This document shows, piece by piece, positions 40,228 to 51,319 of a stretch of 64,000 nt of DNA. Position numbers and translations under genes: made by a program. Position 1 is the first letter of the stretch. Each line of letters begins with the position of its first letter. Below the pieces are notes generated by a model. The model searched no databases. It was given only the letters and a program-made list of their open reading frames with translations, and was not told the origin of the DNA. The stretch covers positions 71,475 to 135,474 of the forward strand of contig JAZDFC010000039.1 of assembly GCA_043808235.1 (NCBI GenBank). Direction: 5' to 3'. The stretch comes from a bacterium (lineage in GTDB: Bacteria; Bacteroidota; Ignavibacteria; Ignavibacteriales; Melioribacteraceae).

Positions 40228-41484
40228 TTGCGGAGGATGGTAATGAAAAAATTTGTATTGTTTTTCCTACTTAGTATTTCCATTAATGCACAGACAACCT
40301 TGCAAACAGTAAATTTTGAAACAGCGGGGAGCGGGTATACTATCACTGGCGAGATTGTTCCTGCTTCATCAGCTTGTTGGGCAAGAACCGATGGAACTGT
40401 AATTAGCCCGGATGATGCATTTACTAATAAACAAGGAACCTATTACTTTTATGGTGAAAACACAGACTCCCCTCTCAATAACCAAGCTCCGGTTTATGTG
40501 ACTTTGAATTCAATTGATGCATCGCTTTACACGGATTTTTCTATTAAATTATTAGTTGCAGGCAACAACGATATATTTTCAGGTTATGAGGGAGGAGAAT
40601 ATCTTAGGATACAATATGCGTTCAATGGCGGTAGTTTTACAACATTGGCGCAATATATCCCATCAGCCATAGACATTAAATACTTGACAGAGGATGCAAA
40701 TGCTGACGGCACAGTTGATGGAGCCAATCTTAGCCCCGCCTTTACCGAATTTACTTATAATATTCCGGGAACAGGTAATTCCTTACAAATTAGAATAATG
40801 GCAAATATTGATCAGGGCGGCGAGGAGGTTGGTTTTGATAACATACGGGTTATCGGCGGTGCACTACTTCCCGTAGAGCTTACATCCTTTACCGCATCGT
40901 CAACAAATAATAATGTTCAATTAAACTGGCAAACCGCAACTGAAGTGAATAATTACGGGTTTGAAATAGAGCGTTCAACAAACCTCCAAGGTTTACCGGG
41001 CGAAAATAATACAGCAAACCTTGGAGGTTTTTCTTCCATCGGTTTTGTTGAGGGACATGGCAACAGCAATTCAACAAAAGAATATTCGTTTGTTGATAAA
41101 GATGTTTTAGACGGAAGTTACCTGTATCGATTAAAACAGATAGACACCGACGGTTCATTCACATATTCAAAAGAGATTACCGTAAAGACTCGCCCCGGCG
41201 GGTCATTACCAAATGAGTTCGCCTTATACCAAAACTACCCGAACCCGTTCAACCCGACCACAACAATAAAATATTCCATCCCGGCAGTAGAGACGCCATA
41301 TATGGCGTCTTTACGAGTCTACGATGTACTTGGCAATGAAGTCGCGGTATTGGTAAATGAAACAAAAGAACCGGGAGTATATGAGGTTGAATTTAACGCA
41401 AGCGGACTTTCCAGTGGGATATATTTCTATAAAATTGTCCACGGAAATTATTCCGATATTAGAAAAATGATATTACTACGATAA
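40228..41484 (+). CDS. Secreted protein with T9SS type-A C-terminal sorting domain (likely start at the MKKFVLFF Met, ~40243)
   Basis: Signal peptide; C-terminus ...YQNYPNPFNPTTTIKYSIP...LRVYDVLGNEVAVLVNE...GIYFYKI. Confidence 0.7.
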   Translation: MRRMVMKKFVLFFLLSISINAQTTLQTVNFETAGSGYTITGEIVPASSACWARTDGTVISPDDAFTNKQGTYYFYGENTDSPLNNQAPVYVTLNSIDASLYTDFSIKLLVAGNNDIFSGYEGGEYLRIQYAFNGGSFTTLAQYIPSAIDIKYLTEDANADGTVDGANLSPAFTEFTYNIPGTGNSLQIRIMANIDQGGEEVGFDNIRVIGGALLPVELTSFTASSTNNNVQLNWQTATEVNNYGFEIERSTNLQGLPGENNTANLGGFSSIGFVEGHGNSNSTKEYSFVDKDVLDGSYLYRLKQIDTDGSFTYSKEITVKTRPGGSLPNEFALYQNYPNPFNPTTTIKYSIPAVETPYMASLRVYDVLGNEVAVLVNETKEPGVYEVEFNASGLSSGIYFYKIVHGNYSDIRKMILLR

Positions 41485-41788
41485 TGTTGACCTATAACTA
41501 AGCTTTTTACCAGTCCGTCTGCCGGCGCCGGGCGGACAGGTGAAAAGACACACACTATATACCAATCATGTCAAAAAAGAAAAACATTAGCGAAGATGGA
41601 TTCTTTTTTACCTGACATCTTTTGATTATTTTTCTAAAAAGTAATCCTAACCGTATGGATAAGTTAGTAATAACGGGAAAGATAGTTAAATAAAAAAATG
41701 TTTGAACATCAAAAAGCATTCGAATCAAACCATAAAGCTCCCGGATTAATAGCTCTCCACATTCATTTCATTTTCAACCGGATTAAAA

Positions 41789-43111
41789 ATGAATAACTTA
41801 AAAATACTTTATTGGTCAATCGTTGTTGCTCTTGCAGGATTCTTATTTGGATTTGATACCGTAGTAATTTCGGGAGCGGAGAAACAACTGCAGCAATTGT
41901 GGCATACATCGGATCTATTCCACGGACTGGCAATAATGTCGATGGCGCTTTGGGGAACGGTAATCGGAGCCATGTTTGGATCGATCCCTACAAATAAATT
42001 AGGCAGAAAGAAAACATTAATAATAATCGGAGTTCTGTACTTTATTTCGGCGCTCGGTAATGCGTTTTCGATTGGACCGATTAGTTTTGCATTTTTTAGA
42101 TTTATCGGCGGACTCGGAATTGGCGCATCAACAATAGCGGCGCCGGCTTATGTATCCGAAATTGCACCGGCAAAAAATCGCGGCAAGTTGGTGGCGCTTT
42201 ATCAATTCAATATTGTTTTCGGGATACTTATCGCATTCACATCAAATTATTTTTTACAGGATATTGGTGAGGATGCATGGCGGTGGATGCTGGGTGTTGA
42301 AACAATTCCAGCCCTAATTTATACAATTCTTGTTTTTGGCGTGCCGGAAAGCCCGCGCTGGCTGCTTGAATATAGAAACGACAAAGAGAAAGCAAAAAGA
42401 ATTTTGAAACAAACGAACCCGGATTCGGATATTGAACAGGAGATTGCGGCGATAGAAAATGAAAAATCACACGAGGAAACTTCAGAAAATATTTTCATGA
42501 AAAAATATAGAGTGCCTTTGATGCTCGCTTTCTTCATTGCTTTCTTCAACCAGTTTTCGGGCATCAATGCGTTTTTATATTATGCGCCGAGAATTTTTGA
42601 GTTGGCCGGGTTGGAGAAATCGGCATCCTTCCTCAGCAGTATCGGTATTGGATTTATCAATTTGATTTTCACCCTGGTCGGAATTTCATTGATAGACAAA
42701 TACGGCAGAAAAACACTAATGTACATTGGTTCCGTCGGTTATATAATATCACTCGGTTTGGTATCGGTTGCATTTTTATTGTCGTGGAAAGGAATATTTG
42801 TCCCTCTGTTTTTCTTTCTGTTTATCGCTGCCCATGCGATCGGGCAGGGCGCGGTTATTTGGGTTTTCATCTCCGAATTATTCCCGAATAAATTACGCGC
42901 TGCAGGACAATCATTCGGTTCTTCGGTACATTGGGTTCTGGCGGCATTGATACCTTCTTTTATTCCGTTTCTCTTTAGGGAAATTGGGACGGCGATTGTA
43001 TTTGCCGTCTTCTGCGTTATGATGATTTGCCAGTTGATCTGGGTGATATTTAAAATGCCAGAAACCAAGGGACAAACACTTGAGAACTTAGCGGGAAAAT
43101 TTTCTAAATAA
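41789..43111 (+). CDS. MFS sugar porter (sugar:H+ symporter family)
   Basis: 12-TM layout; GRKKTLII and PESPRWL sugar-porter signatures. Confidence 0.85.
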   Translation: MNNLKILYWSIVVALAGFLFGFDTVVISGAEKQLQQLWHTSDLFHGLAIMSMALWGTVIGAMFGSIPTNKLGRKKTLIIIGVLYFISALGNAFSIGPISFAFFRFIGGLGIGASTIAAPAYVSEIAPAKNRGKLVALYQFNIVFGILIAFTSNYFLQDIGEDAWRWMLGVETIPALIYTILVFGVPESPRWLLEYRNDKEKAKRILKQTNPDSDIEQEIAAIENEKSHEETSENIFMKKYRVPLMLAFFIAFFNQFSGINAFLYYAPRIFELAGLEKSASFLSSIGIGFINLIFTLVGISLIDKYGRKTLMYIGSVGYIISLGLVSVAFLLSWKGIFVPLFFFLFIAAHAIGQGAVIWVFISELFPNKLRAAGQSFGSSVHWVLAALIPSFIPFLFREIGTAIVFAVFCVMMICQLIWVIFKMPETKGQTLENLAGKFSK

Positions 43112-43153
43112 AAAGTTGGGTTTGTCTGTTTGATAACCATCAATCCCCAATTC

Positions 43154-44578
43154 TTAATAAACTAAGGTTTGTATCGCATGCGGCGGTATTGTTACACTAA
43201 CCGCATTTGAATCAACATATAGTTTATATGTAATTTTCAAATCACTTTGATTCATTACAACTGTCGCGATCCTTCCGTTTTCATTTACAAATGATGTTGA
43301 CAAAAGATGACTTCTGCTTGGTGCGGTACTTATGCGTTTCGCTCCAGGACGAATAAATTTTGAGAAATGACCGATGTAATAATAAGAAGGTGTGTAAATT
43401 AATTCACCGGTTTGCAAGTCTGCATGCACCGGGGCAAAGCAGAAATTGCCAACATGATTCGGTCCGCCGGTTTCATCCAACAAAATATTCCAATCAGTCC
43501 AGGCAACCGTTCCGTTATTGAAATCATTTATCATCGAGCGTCCGTATTTTTCACCGTTCGCCCAAAATTGATATCGTGCTGCGTTAAAGCTTTCGGCACA
43601 TCCCTCTGTGAAAATCAAATGTTTGTCGGGATATGCTTCGTGAACCGCGGCGAGATTATCGAACATCGGCTGCCCGCCCGCCCAGGTTTCGTACCAGTGA
43701 AACCCGATTCCCCACGCATACTTTGCCGCGTCGGGGTCATCCATTATTGTGTTCACACGGTGATTTATCAAATCGCGGTTGTGGTCCCACACAATTATTT
43801 TTTTATCGCCGAGACCTTCGCGCGCCATAATCGGACCGAGATAATTTTTCAAGAAATCGCGTTCATCTTCGGCAGTATAAATACATGATTCCCATGTTTG
43901 TGTTGCCATCGGTTCGTTCTGCAACGAGATTCCCCACATCGGCATTCCGTCGCTTTCATAAGCTTTAATAAATTTAGTATAATACATTGCCCATGATTCG
44001 AAAAACTCAGGCAGCAGTTTTCCGCCGCGAAGCATGTTGTTTGTGCTTTTCATAAATGCAGGCGGACTCCACGGACTCGCGTACAACATTAGTTTTCCAC
44101 CGGCGGTCTCCGTAGCTTTTTTAATCAAAGGGATTTTGAATTGCTTATCGTGTTCGATACTGAATGTTTTCAAATCCTTGTCGCCTTCTTCAACATAAGT
44201 ATAACTGCCGCTGCTGAAATCACAACTGTGAATATTTGTCCGCGCTAATGTATAGCCGATTCCGTTATCTTTATCATAATAAGCTTTCAAAAATTCTTTC
44301 TGTTTTGTATCGGAAAGTTTTGCGAATACTTCCGCGGATGCATCGGTAATTGCACCGCCAAAACCAAGGAATGTTTGAAAAGTTTTATTGGGATTGACGA
44401 AAACACAAATCTCCGTTTCCAAAGGCTGAACGGCTTTTGTGAATGTTAAGTTATCTGTTAAAGTTAATCTTAGGTCGGTGCTGTCGGCTGTTGTGTAAAC
44501 AACAACTTGTTTTCCGCTTTGCGCAAAACAAATAATTGCTGTTAAAAATAATATCGGGATGATTAATTTATTCTTCAT
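43154..44578 (-). CDS. Glycoside hydrolase family 30 (glucosylceramidase-like)
   Basis: Signal peptide; FGGAITDASAE... GH30 N-terminal region; TIM-barrel catalytic Glu contexts (LQNEP, FTEGC). Confidence 0.7.
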   Translation of the reverse strand: MKNKLIIPILFLTAIICFAQSGKQVVVYTTADSTDLRLTLTDNLTFTKAVQPLETEICVFVNPNKTFQTFLGFGGAITDASAEVFAKLSDTKQKEFLKAYYDKDNGIGYTLARTNIHSCDFSSGSYTYVEEGDKDLKTFSIEHDKQFKIPLIKKATETAGGKLMLYASPWSPPAFMKSTNNMLRGGKLLPEFFESWAMYYTKFIKAYESDGMPMWGISLQNEPMATQTWESCIYTAEDERDFLKNYLGPIMAREGLGDKKIIVWDHNRDLINHRVNTIMDDPDAAKYAWGIGFHWYETWAGGQPMFDNLAAVHEAYPDKHLIFTEGCAESFNAARYQFWANGEKYGRSMINDFNNGTVAWTDWNILLDETGGPNHVGNFCFAPVHADLQTGELIYTPSYYYIGHFSKFIRPGAKRISTAPSRSHLLSTSFVNENGRIATVVMNQSDLKITYKLYVDSNAVSVTIPPHAIQTLVY

Positions 44579-44659
44579 GTGACTCTCTGTTTTTTGAATG
44601 TAAAAATAAGGAATGGACGAGTTGAAAACCTGTTTAATTTTATTCGGAATTTATTCTCT

Positions 44660-44783
44660 CTTTTTCAATTTTCGATTTGAAGCCGGCGGTAAAAAATTAC
44701 TGCCGCTAACAACCGGTTTGCCTGTTTTCTCCTCGAGTTCAAGCCTTGCGCCTTTGGCAATGTTGCCGCCTTTTTTGCTTGCG
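44660..44783. repeat. Direct-repeat copy A (~124 bp): orphan duplicate of the 3' end of the dinD-like gene
   Basis: Matches 51642..51765 with a single mismatch over ~122 nt. On the minus strand it would encode the same C-terminal peptide, but it is not part of a full gene. Confidence 0.85.
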
Positions 44784-44980
44784 ATATTTAAAGTTTTATT
44801 ATATTAAGTAGCATAAAGAATGAAGTAGTAATTTAAAAATTCGTATTGATTTTTAACTTGTATTGTAAGATTTTTATATGTGTTGTTGTTTTATTATAGG
44901 AAATATCGGTCTTAATAAGTAGCTGTTTCACGTTTCTTAAGAATAACTCCTATACTCTTTTTCTAAATAGGAACAAGCTT

Positions 44981-46876
44981 GTGAAGAAATTCAGCATCAG
45001 TATTATTTGTTTAGCCCCCATGTTTTTTATTAATCTAAATGCACAAGATATTTCCGAAATGCGAGTTTTGTACATGGGCGAGTTTTTACCATATGAAATC
45101 ATTGCCGTAGACAATGTGGATGCAAACGGAAAAGTCTGCGCCGGACTAATCGTCGCTAGTGATCTTACTGATTTGAGTTACGATTCTAATGATGGCATAA
45201 TTAAATTTAATAAAAGACCCGGTGCCGATTTACTTTACCTCTCTCCTAATGAAAGAGTTGTAACGATTTATAAAACCGGATTCATTGCTCTTAAAATAAT
45301 TCTAGATGATTATGGGATAAATTTAGAGTCAGGTAAAGTTTGGCAAATCAAAATAACAGGCGATAAAAAAAACGAAAAAATCCCTGTAACGATTATTACT
45401 AATGTAGAGAATACCAGAGTAATCATTGATAATGATGACAAAGGCCATGAAAAAACTCATTGGCTTACGATAGGGAAACATATACTGGTAATTGTAAATT
45501 CTGGTTATGATACAATAAAAACCCAAATTGAGGTAAACAAGAAAAACATATATTTCAAATATGACATGGTGAAATTAACTCCCTTAAAATATACAATCCT
45601 AACCGAACCGAAAGGGGCCATAGTATTTATTAACAACTCGATTAAGGGGAAAAGTGATTATCAGGATTTTGAATTTCCTGGCAAGTATCAATTAAAACTC
45701 ACTAAACCAGAGCATCTTGATTTAAATGCCGATATTGAAATAACTAATACTCAGGATAACATATTTATTTTTAATCTGACAAAAAATAGAGGGCTATTAA
45801 AGCTAAATATTATCCCAAATGATGCTGAAGTAAAATTAGATGGTGAAAGTGTAAGTGAAATGGAAATCGAACTTCCTCCTAAAAGTTATGAAATCGAAAT
45901 CTCACGAATTGGATATTATACAATAAAGGACACTATAGAAGTAAAACTCGGCGAAATACTTACAGAAAACCACACTCTTGAAAAAAGCACAAGCGAGTTA
46001 AACCTTACAATTGAACCGGCCGATGCTAAAGTAACAATCAACAAAAAAGACTACACTTGTCAGAAAGTGATAGATATGGTTCCCGGTAACTACTTAATAG
46101 AAATTGAGAAAGAGGGATATAGAAAAATTGAAGAAGTTATTTCGCTTGAATTACGGCAGACCCTATCTAAAACTTTTACCCTGCAACCAAGAACCGGCTC
46201 GTTACAATATACAGTAAAACCAATTGACGCAAAAATAGAATTAAGAAAAAAGGGCGCGGTTGTTAAAAACTGGGAAGGCGCTAATTTTTTGAATGATTTG
46301 ATGGTGGGTGAATATATAATAATTGTTTATTTACATGGTAGAACAACTGAAAAAAAAATCACTATCTCAGAAAATTCAATTACAGTTATTGATATGGTAT
46401 TAGAACTAACAGAATTACAAGGCGAGATTTTTGTAACAGTTACTCCTGATGAAGCCTCGAATTCCGAGATTTTTGTTAATAAAGAAAGCAAGGGTTTTGC
46501 ACCGCTGACAATTTCTCTGTTGCCTGGATATTATAAAATTACTGCAAAAAAACCAGATTTTCCCGATGCTTTTCAAAACATTAATGTGGCAGAAAAAAGC
46601 AAACAAAATATTTCGTTAAACATGGTAAAAACAGGTAATGATTCAAAGACGTTGAATTGGATTACAACTGGGTCAACTTTAGTAGGTGGAGTTCTGGCAA
46701 CGTATTTCTATTTAGATTCAAAAGATAATTTTAACAAATACAACGCTGCAACCACCCAGTCTGCAGCAATAGATTATAAAAGTAAAACTGAAAATTCTAC
46801 TAGGTTCTTTAATATAACTTTATCCCTGAGTACTGTGGCCCTTGTAGCTTCCGTTGTTTTATGGATCATTAATTAA
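44981..46876 (+). CDS. PEGA-like repeat protein with C-terminal TM anchor (GTG start)
   Basis: Signal peptide; several ~70-aa beta-sandwich repeats with ...GYY.I.A.K.GY... pattern; C-terminal hydrophobic helix. Confidence 0.45.
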   Translation: MKKFSISIICLAPMFFINLNAQDISEMRVLYMGEFLPYEIIAVDNVDANGKVCAGLIVASDLTDLSYDSNDGIIKFNKRPGADLLYLSPNERVVTIYKTGFIALKIILDDYGINLESGKVWQIKITGDKKNEKIPVTIITNVENTRVIIDNDDKGHEKTHWLTIGKHILVIVNSGYDTIKTQIEVNKKNIYFKYDMVKLTPLKYTILTEPKGAIVFINNSIKGKSDYQDFEFPGKYQLKLTKPEHLDLNADIEITNTQDNIFIFNLTKNRGLLKLNIIPNDAEVKLDGESVSEMEIELPPKSYEIEISRIGYYTIKDTIEVKLGEILTENHTLEKSTSELNLTIEPADAKVTINKKDYTCQKVIDMVPGNYLIEIEKEGYRKIEEVISLELRQTLSKTFTLQPRTGSLQYTVKPIDAKIELRKKGAVVKNWEGANFLNDLMVGEYIIIVYLHGRTTEKKITISENSITVIDMVLELTELQGEIFVTVTPDEASNSEIFVNKESKGFAPLTISLLPGYYKITAKKPDFPDAFQNINVAEKSKQNISLNMVKTGNDSKTLNWITTGSTLVGGVLATYFYLDSKDNFNKYNAATTQSAAIDYKSKTENSTRFFNITLSLSTVALVASVVLWIIN

Positions 46877-46895
46877 TTTTATGATTGAGACATAA

Positions 46896-49313
46896 ATGAA
46901 AAGGTGTTTTCAATTGTTTTTTATAAGTATTTCTCTGAGTAGTTGCCTAAACTTTGATTTTAATAATCCGGTTGAAACCAGAATATCTCCAAGCGCTCCT
47001 ATATTATTGTCACCCATATACAATTCAATTAATCAACCAATCATGCCAACACTTTCCTGGAATTCAAGCAGTGAAGCCACAAGCTACACGTTGCAAGCAT
47101 CCACGAATAATACGTTCTCCAGTTTTGTGTATAACCAAAGTGGATTAACGAGAACGAACCAGCAAATAAGTGAACTAGCTAATAGTACACAGTATTATTG
47201 GCGAGTGAGTGCGAGTAACAGTTATGGAGCATCCGATTGGTCAAGCGTTTGGAGTTTTACGACGGCTTCCGGAGGAGTTGCGCCGGAGATTCCGATACTT
47301 TCATCACCGATAAATATAGCAACCAATGTAGCAATCCCCCCCTCATTAAATTGGAATTCAAGCAGCGGAGCAACGAGTTACACGTTACAAGTCTCTACGA
47401 ATAATACGTTCTCAAGTTTTATTTATAACCATGGCGGATTAACTGGAACGAGCCAGCAAATAAGTGAACTGGCCAATAGCACACAATATTATTGGCGGTT
47501 GAACGCAAGTAACAATTTCGGAACTTCGGATTGGTCCAACGTTTGGAGTTTTACGACGGCTTCCGGAGGAGTTGCGCCGGAGATTCCGATACTTTCATCA
47601 CCGATAAATAAAGCAACTAATGTAGCAATCCCCCCCTCATTAAATTGGAATTCAAGCAGCGGAGCAACGAGTTACACGTTACAAGTCTCTACGAATAATA
47701 CGTTCTCAAGTTTTGTTTATAACCAAAGTGGATTAACGGGAACTAGCCACCAAATAAGCGGACTGGCTAATAGTACGCAATATTATTGGCGAGTAAGTGC
47801 GAGTAACAGTTACGGAACATCAGACTGGTCGACAGGTTGGAACTTTACAACATCTTCTGCTGGAGTCGCCCCTGATATACCAATTCTGTCTTCACCAGCA
47901 ACAAACACAACAGAAATTCCAGTACCACCAACTTTATTCTGGAATCAAAGCAATAATACAGAAAGTTATTCATTACAGGTATCAGCCAACGGTTCTTTTA
48001 CTAGCATTGTTTTCGATGGAAACGGGCTGACAAGTACAAGTCAATTAATTTCTGGCTTGAAGTATTCTACTAAATATTATTGGCATATCAAAGCGGCAAA
48101 TAGTTTTGGATTCTCGGCGTGGTCAACGACGTGGAATTTCACCACTATAGGAATAGCACCGCAACCACCAATATTGTCATCACCGGCAAATAACTCAACG
48201 GACATATCGACATCACCGACACTAAGCTGGTTTTCAAGTTCAGGCGCGACCGGATATATATTACAAGTATCAGAGAGTAATACATTCTCTACTTTTATCT
48301 ATAATGCCGATGTGGGGAATGTAGTAATTAAACCCATAACGGGATTAAATAACACAGTAAAATATTATTGGAGAATGAAGGCAACAAATGCTTATGGTTC
48401 TTCCGATTGGTCGACAGCATGGAATTTTATAACAATGGAGAAAGTACCAGAGTCTCCGATACTTTCGTCACCAGCAAATAACTCGACAGATGTTTTAATT
48501 TCGCCATCACTTTCATGGAATGCGAGCAATGGTGCGACGAGTTACACTTTGCAGGTATCGGCAAGCAGTACATTCTCAAGTCCAATTTATGATGGTGGCG
48601 TTGGAAGTGTACTGAATAAACAAATATTGGGGCTAAGTAATTCTACAAAATATTATTGGAGAGTGAGTGCATTAAATAATTATGGAACATCAAATTGGTC
48701 TGCTGTTTGGAATTTTACCACGGAAGGTGGAATGGGCTACCCTTGCCCGGGAACACCAACAATAAACCATGAAGGGAAAACATACAACACGGTACAAATT
48801 AAAGACCAATGCTGGTTAAAAGAAAATCTTAATGTTGGAACTATGATAGACACTTTAAGTGATCAAACAAATAACGGTGTTATTGAGAAATATTGCTATC
48901 TTAATAACACGTCTTATTGCGATAGCTACGGCGGATTTTATCAATGGGACGAAGCAATGGCATATACTGCAGCACCGGGTACACGAGGTATATGTCCAAG
49001 CGGTTGGCATATACCTTATTACGAAGAGCTCCAAACATTAACAACTAATTCGGGTGGTGGAAATGCACTTAAAGCAATTGGCCAAGGAACCGGTTATGGT
49101 GCAGGAACAAATACAAGTGGATTTTCCGCGTTGTTAGCCGGAAGTAATGGAAGATCTTATGGTTTCGGTCTCTATGCTTACTTTTGGAGTTTTACAGCTG
49201 AAACTGATGCTGGTTTCGCATACTTCATTGAGTTGCGGTATCAAGATTCCTATATTGCGTTCGCCTTCGGACAATATTCTGCGGGGTTTAGTGTTAGATG
49301 TTTGAAGGATTAA
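46896..49313 (+). CDS. Seven tandem FN3-like repeats followed by a Fibrobacter-succinogenes-major-paralogous (FISUMP) domain
   Basis: Seven ~97-aa repeats (…SPxNxSTxVxxSPxLSWNSSxGATSYTLQVS…YYWRV…). C-terminal GKTYNTVQIKDQCWLKENL...GFYQWDEAM...CPSGWHIP...VRCLKD. Confidence 0.8.
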   Translation: MKRCFQLFFISISLSSCLNFDFNNPVETRISPSAPILLSPIYNSINQPIMPTLSWNSSSEATSYTLQASTNNTFSSFVYNQSGLTRTNQQISELANSTQYYWRVSASNSYGASDWSSVWSFTTASGGVAPEIPILSSPINIATNVAIPPSLNWNSSSGATSYTLQVSTNNTFSSFIYNHGGLTGTSQQISELANSTQYYWRLNASNNFGTSDWSNVWSFTTASGGVAPEIPILSSPINKATNVAIPPSLNWNSSSGATSYTLQVSTNNTFSSFVYNQSGLTGTSHQISGLANSTQYYWRVSASNSYGTSDWSTGWNFTTSSAGVAPDIPILSSPATNTTEIPVPPTLFWNQSNNTESYSLQVSANGSFTSIVFDGNGLTSTSQLISGLKYSTKYYWHIKAANSFGFSAWSTTWNFTTIGIAPQPPILSSPANNSTDISTSPTLSWFSSSGATGYILQVSESNTFSTFIYNADVGNVVIKPITGLNNTVKYYWRMKATNAYGSSDWSTAWNFITMEKVPESPILSSPANNSTDVLISPSLSWNASNGATSYTLQVSASSTFSSPIYDGGVGSVLNKQILGLSNSTKYYWRVSALNNYGTSNWSAVWNFTTEGGMGYPCPGTPTINHEGKTYNTVQIKDQCWLKENLNVGTMIDTLSDQTNNGVIEKYCYLNNTSYCDSYGGFYQWDEAMAYTAAPGTRGICPSGWHIPYYEELQTLTTNSGGGNALKAIGQGTGYGAGTNTSGFSALLAGSNGRSYGFGLYAYFWSFTAETDAGFAYFIELRYQDSYIAFAFGQYSAGFSVRCLKD
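46980..48726 (+). repeat. Intragenic 291-bp tandem repeats (7 units; units 2–3 ~97% identical)
   Basis: e.g. 47270–47560 vs 47561–47850 differ at only a few positions; each contains a C7 tract (atccccccctc). Confidence 0.85.
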
Positions 49314-49447
49314 ATATGTAAAATCGAAAAGATACTAAGGGAGTTTGAAATGCTTCGTTCTCCGCTAAAACAAGATCACCCTCTTATGATACATATCACC
49401 GTAGCCCCCAATAGCTAAAATGTGGCATGCAGTAAACTGTCGAAATA

Positions 49448-51319
49448 TTAGTTAATATTAAAATTCGAAAGTTTTATAAGATCCTTTTCGTTCCATTCTT
49501 GTGGTTGCCAGGATCTCACATATATTTGAGGTAAATTATTTTCGAAATCCACAAGTAGAAATAGATATCCTTCGTCAGAGTATCCCGTGGACAAATAATC
49601 CTGGCGCATACTTATTCCATAAAAAACAGGTGGCTTGTTCTTTTTATTTATTTGAAAAGTAGAATACCCCACATAAATATCATTCTTCTCATCAAATACT
49701 TTCTTCAATCGTTCTAGATATTTTTCTTTATTAATCCTAATATAATCAACGTTCGGAAGCTGTTCGTAATATTGCTTCACATCTTTGTTTTTATTCTTTT
49801 GCAATACTCTACCTACAATAATAACTGCTCCTTCCGAGAACAGAGAATCAATAGTATTCAGATCGCGAGTCAAAAAGGTTGTACGATATTTTTCCATAAA
49901 TTTTATTATAACCTGCCTTTTATCCCAGTCGCATCCAATATTACCCTGTTCAACAAAATCCCCATATAAAGATTCATATATACCGAAATTTATATCATAA
50001 AGATTTCCTTGTTTATCGAAATCCAGTATTAAGTAATCGGGAGTTTGTTTTTTCAGGCTTTTATACGTATTTGACACCAGAATTTTTCTAATTTCCCATC
50101 CATTATAAGTTTTGTTAAGATCCGAGTAAATCGATTTCTCGATTATTTTTAGATTATTATATTTTAGGATACTCATGATTCTATTTAATATATATTCATC
50201 CTTTGCATAATATTTTTGTATCGCAGCGGTATCAACTCTATTTATCAACTCCAGTAAAATTAATGCTTCTTTTGATATTGAATCGACTAAATTGCAATTA
50301 TCTGTATTCTTTAATCTAAGTTGAAACTTTCCATGTGTGATTGAATTTATTTGCTCTTGAAAATTCTGTTTTTCTCCTTGTAACGTATCTTTTGAATATT
50401 TCTTATCCATACCTTGTTCTTTTTTAGAAATCTCAATTTTAGGAGAAAGAGCTACTTGAAAATAATTTGTAAAGGTGGGCTTATTAATTAATGACCACAA
50501 TTCTCCTACTTCTTCTATTTCATCTTTTGATTCGTAATACTGGTATTTAATTCTGAAGTCAAGAGTATCTATCCCAACATTATTGCCGTACAAACCAACC
50601 ATAGCAAAACCGTCAAGGGTATTTGCTGTTACTTGATTCACACCCTCTTTAAACGTAAATATCAATGATTTTGCTTTTTTGTCTCCAACAAATATATTGA
50701 AGCAAACTTCTCTTTCCTTCTCATTCAATTTGGAGTCTGAAACTAATTCAAATCGTGTATTTTTCAAAATCCGATTAATTCTAAGCGTGATTTCTGTTTT
50801 GAGATTTAAGTTGTTTTCACAGACCACATTCAGTTCCGGTAGGGAATTCATTAAAATAATTGCGAAGTAGTAGGATTTCAGAGCATAGGCGAAATTAGCA
50901 GTATTATCAAATTCCACGGCTTTTTTATAAAGGTTTCGAACTAGTCTCCTCCTATATTCGAATATTTTATCGATATCTGATTTCGGGATATATAGCAAAA
51001 CATCGAAGCCTTCATTGATAGATTCAATAACTTCTTTGACGTTTTTACGTAAGGGTTCGGAATATGTTTTTATTATTTGCTCTAAGGATCCGACTCCTTC
51101 GTTTTGATTCTCCTTAGCAGATTTCTGGAATGTGGACGAAAGTGTATCTGATATATTTCTTAATATTCGGTCGAAGGCTAAATCCTCTGCGGCAATTAAA
51201 TCTTGCTCAATTGCATTGCCATAATAATATGCTTTTGAGTTTATAATAACTTCTTTTTCCGAATTCTGCCCAAATATAGTTGAATAAAAAAGGATAGCAA
51301 TAAGAACGATACGATACAT
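49448..51319 (-). CDS. Hypothetical secreted protein (623 aa)
   Basis: Signal peptide MYRIVLIAILFYSTIFGQ; no recognisable domain. Confidence 0.45.
   Translation of the reverse strand: MYRIVLIAILFYSTIFGQNSEKEVIINSKAYYYGNAIEQDLIAAEDLAFDRILRNISDTLSSTFQKSAKENQNEGVGSLEQIIKTYSEPLRKNVKEVIESINEGFDVLLYIPKSDIDKIFEYRRRLVRNLYKKAVEFDNTANFAYALKSYYFAIILMNSLPELNVVCENNLNLKTEITLRINRILKNTRFELVSDSKLNEKEREVCFNIFVGDKKAKSLIFTFKEGVNQVTANTLDGFAMVGLYGNNVGIDTLDFRIKYQYYESKDEIEEVGELWSLINKPTFTNYFQVALSPKIEISKKEQGMDKKYSKDTLQGEKQNFQEQINSITHGKFQLRLKNTDNCNLVDSISKEALILLELINRVDTAAIQKYYAKDEYILNRIMSILKYNNLKIIEKSIYSDLNKTYNGWEIRKILVSNTYKSLKKQTPDYLILDFDKQGNLYDINFGIYESLYGDFVEQGNIGCDWDKRQVIIKFMEKYRTTFLTRDLNTIDSLFSEGAVIIVGRVLQKNKNKDVKQYYEQLPNVDYIRINKEKYLERLKKVFDEKNDIYVGYSTFQINKKNKPPVFYGISMRQDYLSTGYSDEGYLFLLVDFENNLPQIYVRSWQPQEWNEKDLIKLSNFNIN

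Noticed and set aside
39962-40346. Cluster of small overlapping ORFs (86–100 aa) on both strands
   Set aside because: They occupy the intergenic/5' region of the T9SS cargo gene with low-complexity translations. The true gene most likely starts at the MKKFVLFF Met (~40243).
44613-44807. 64-aa plus-strand ORF from the ORF track
   Set aside because: It lies on the opposite strand of the orphan copy of the dinD 3'-end repeat. Its sequence is just the antisense reading of that fragment, with no start context or conservation.
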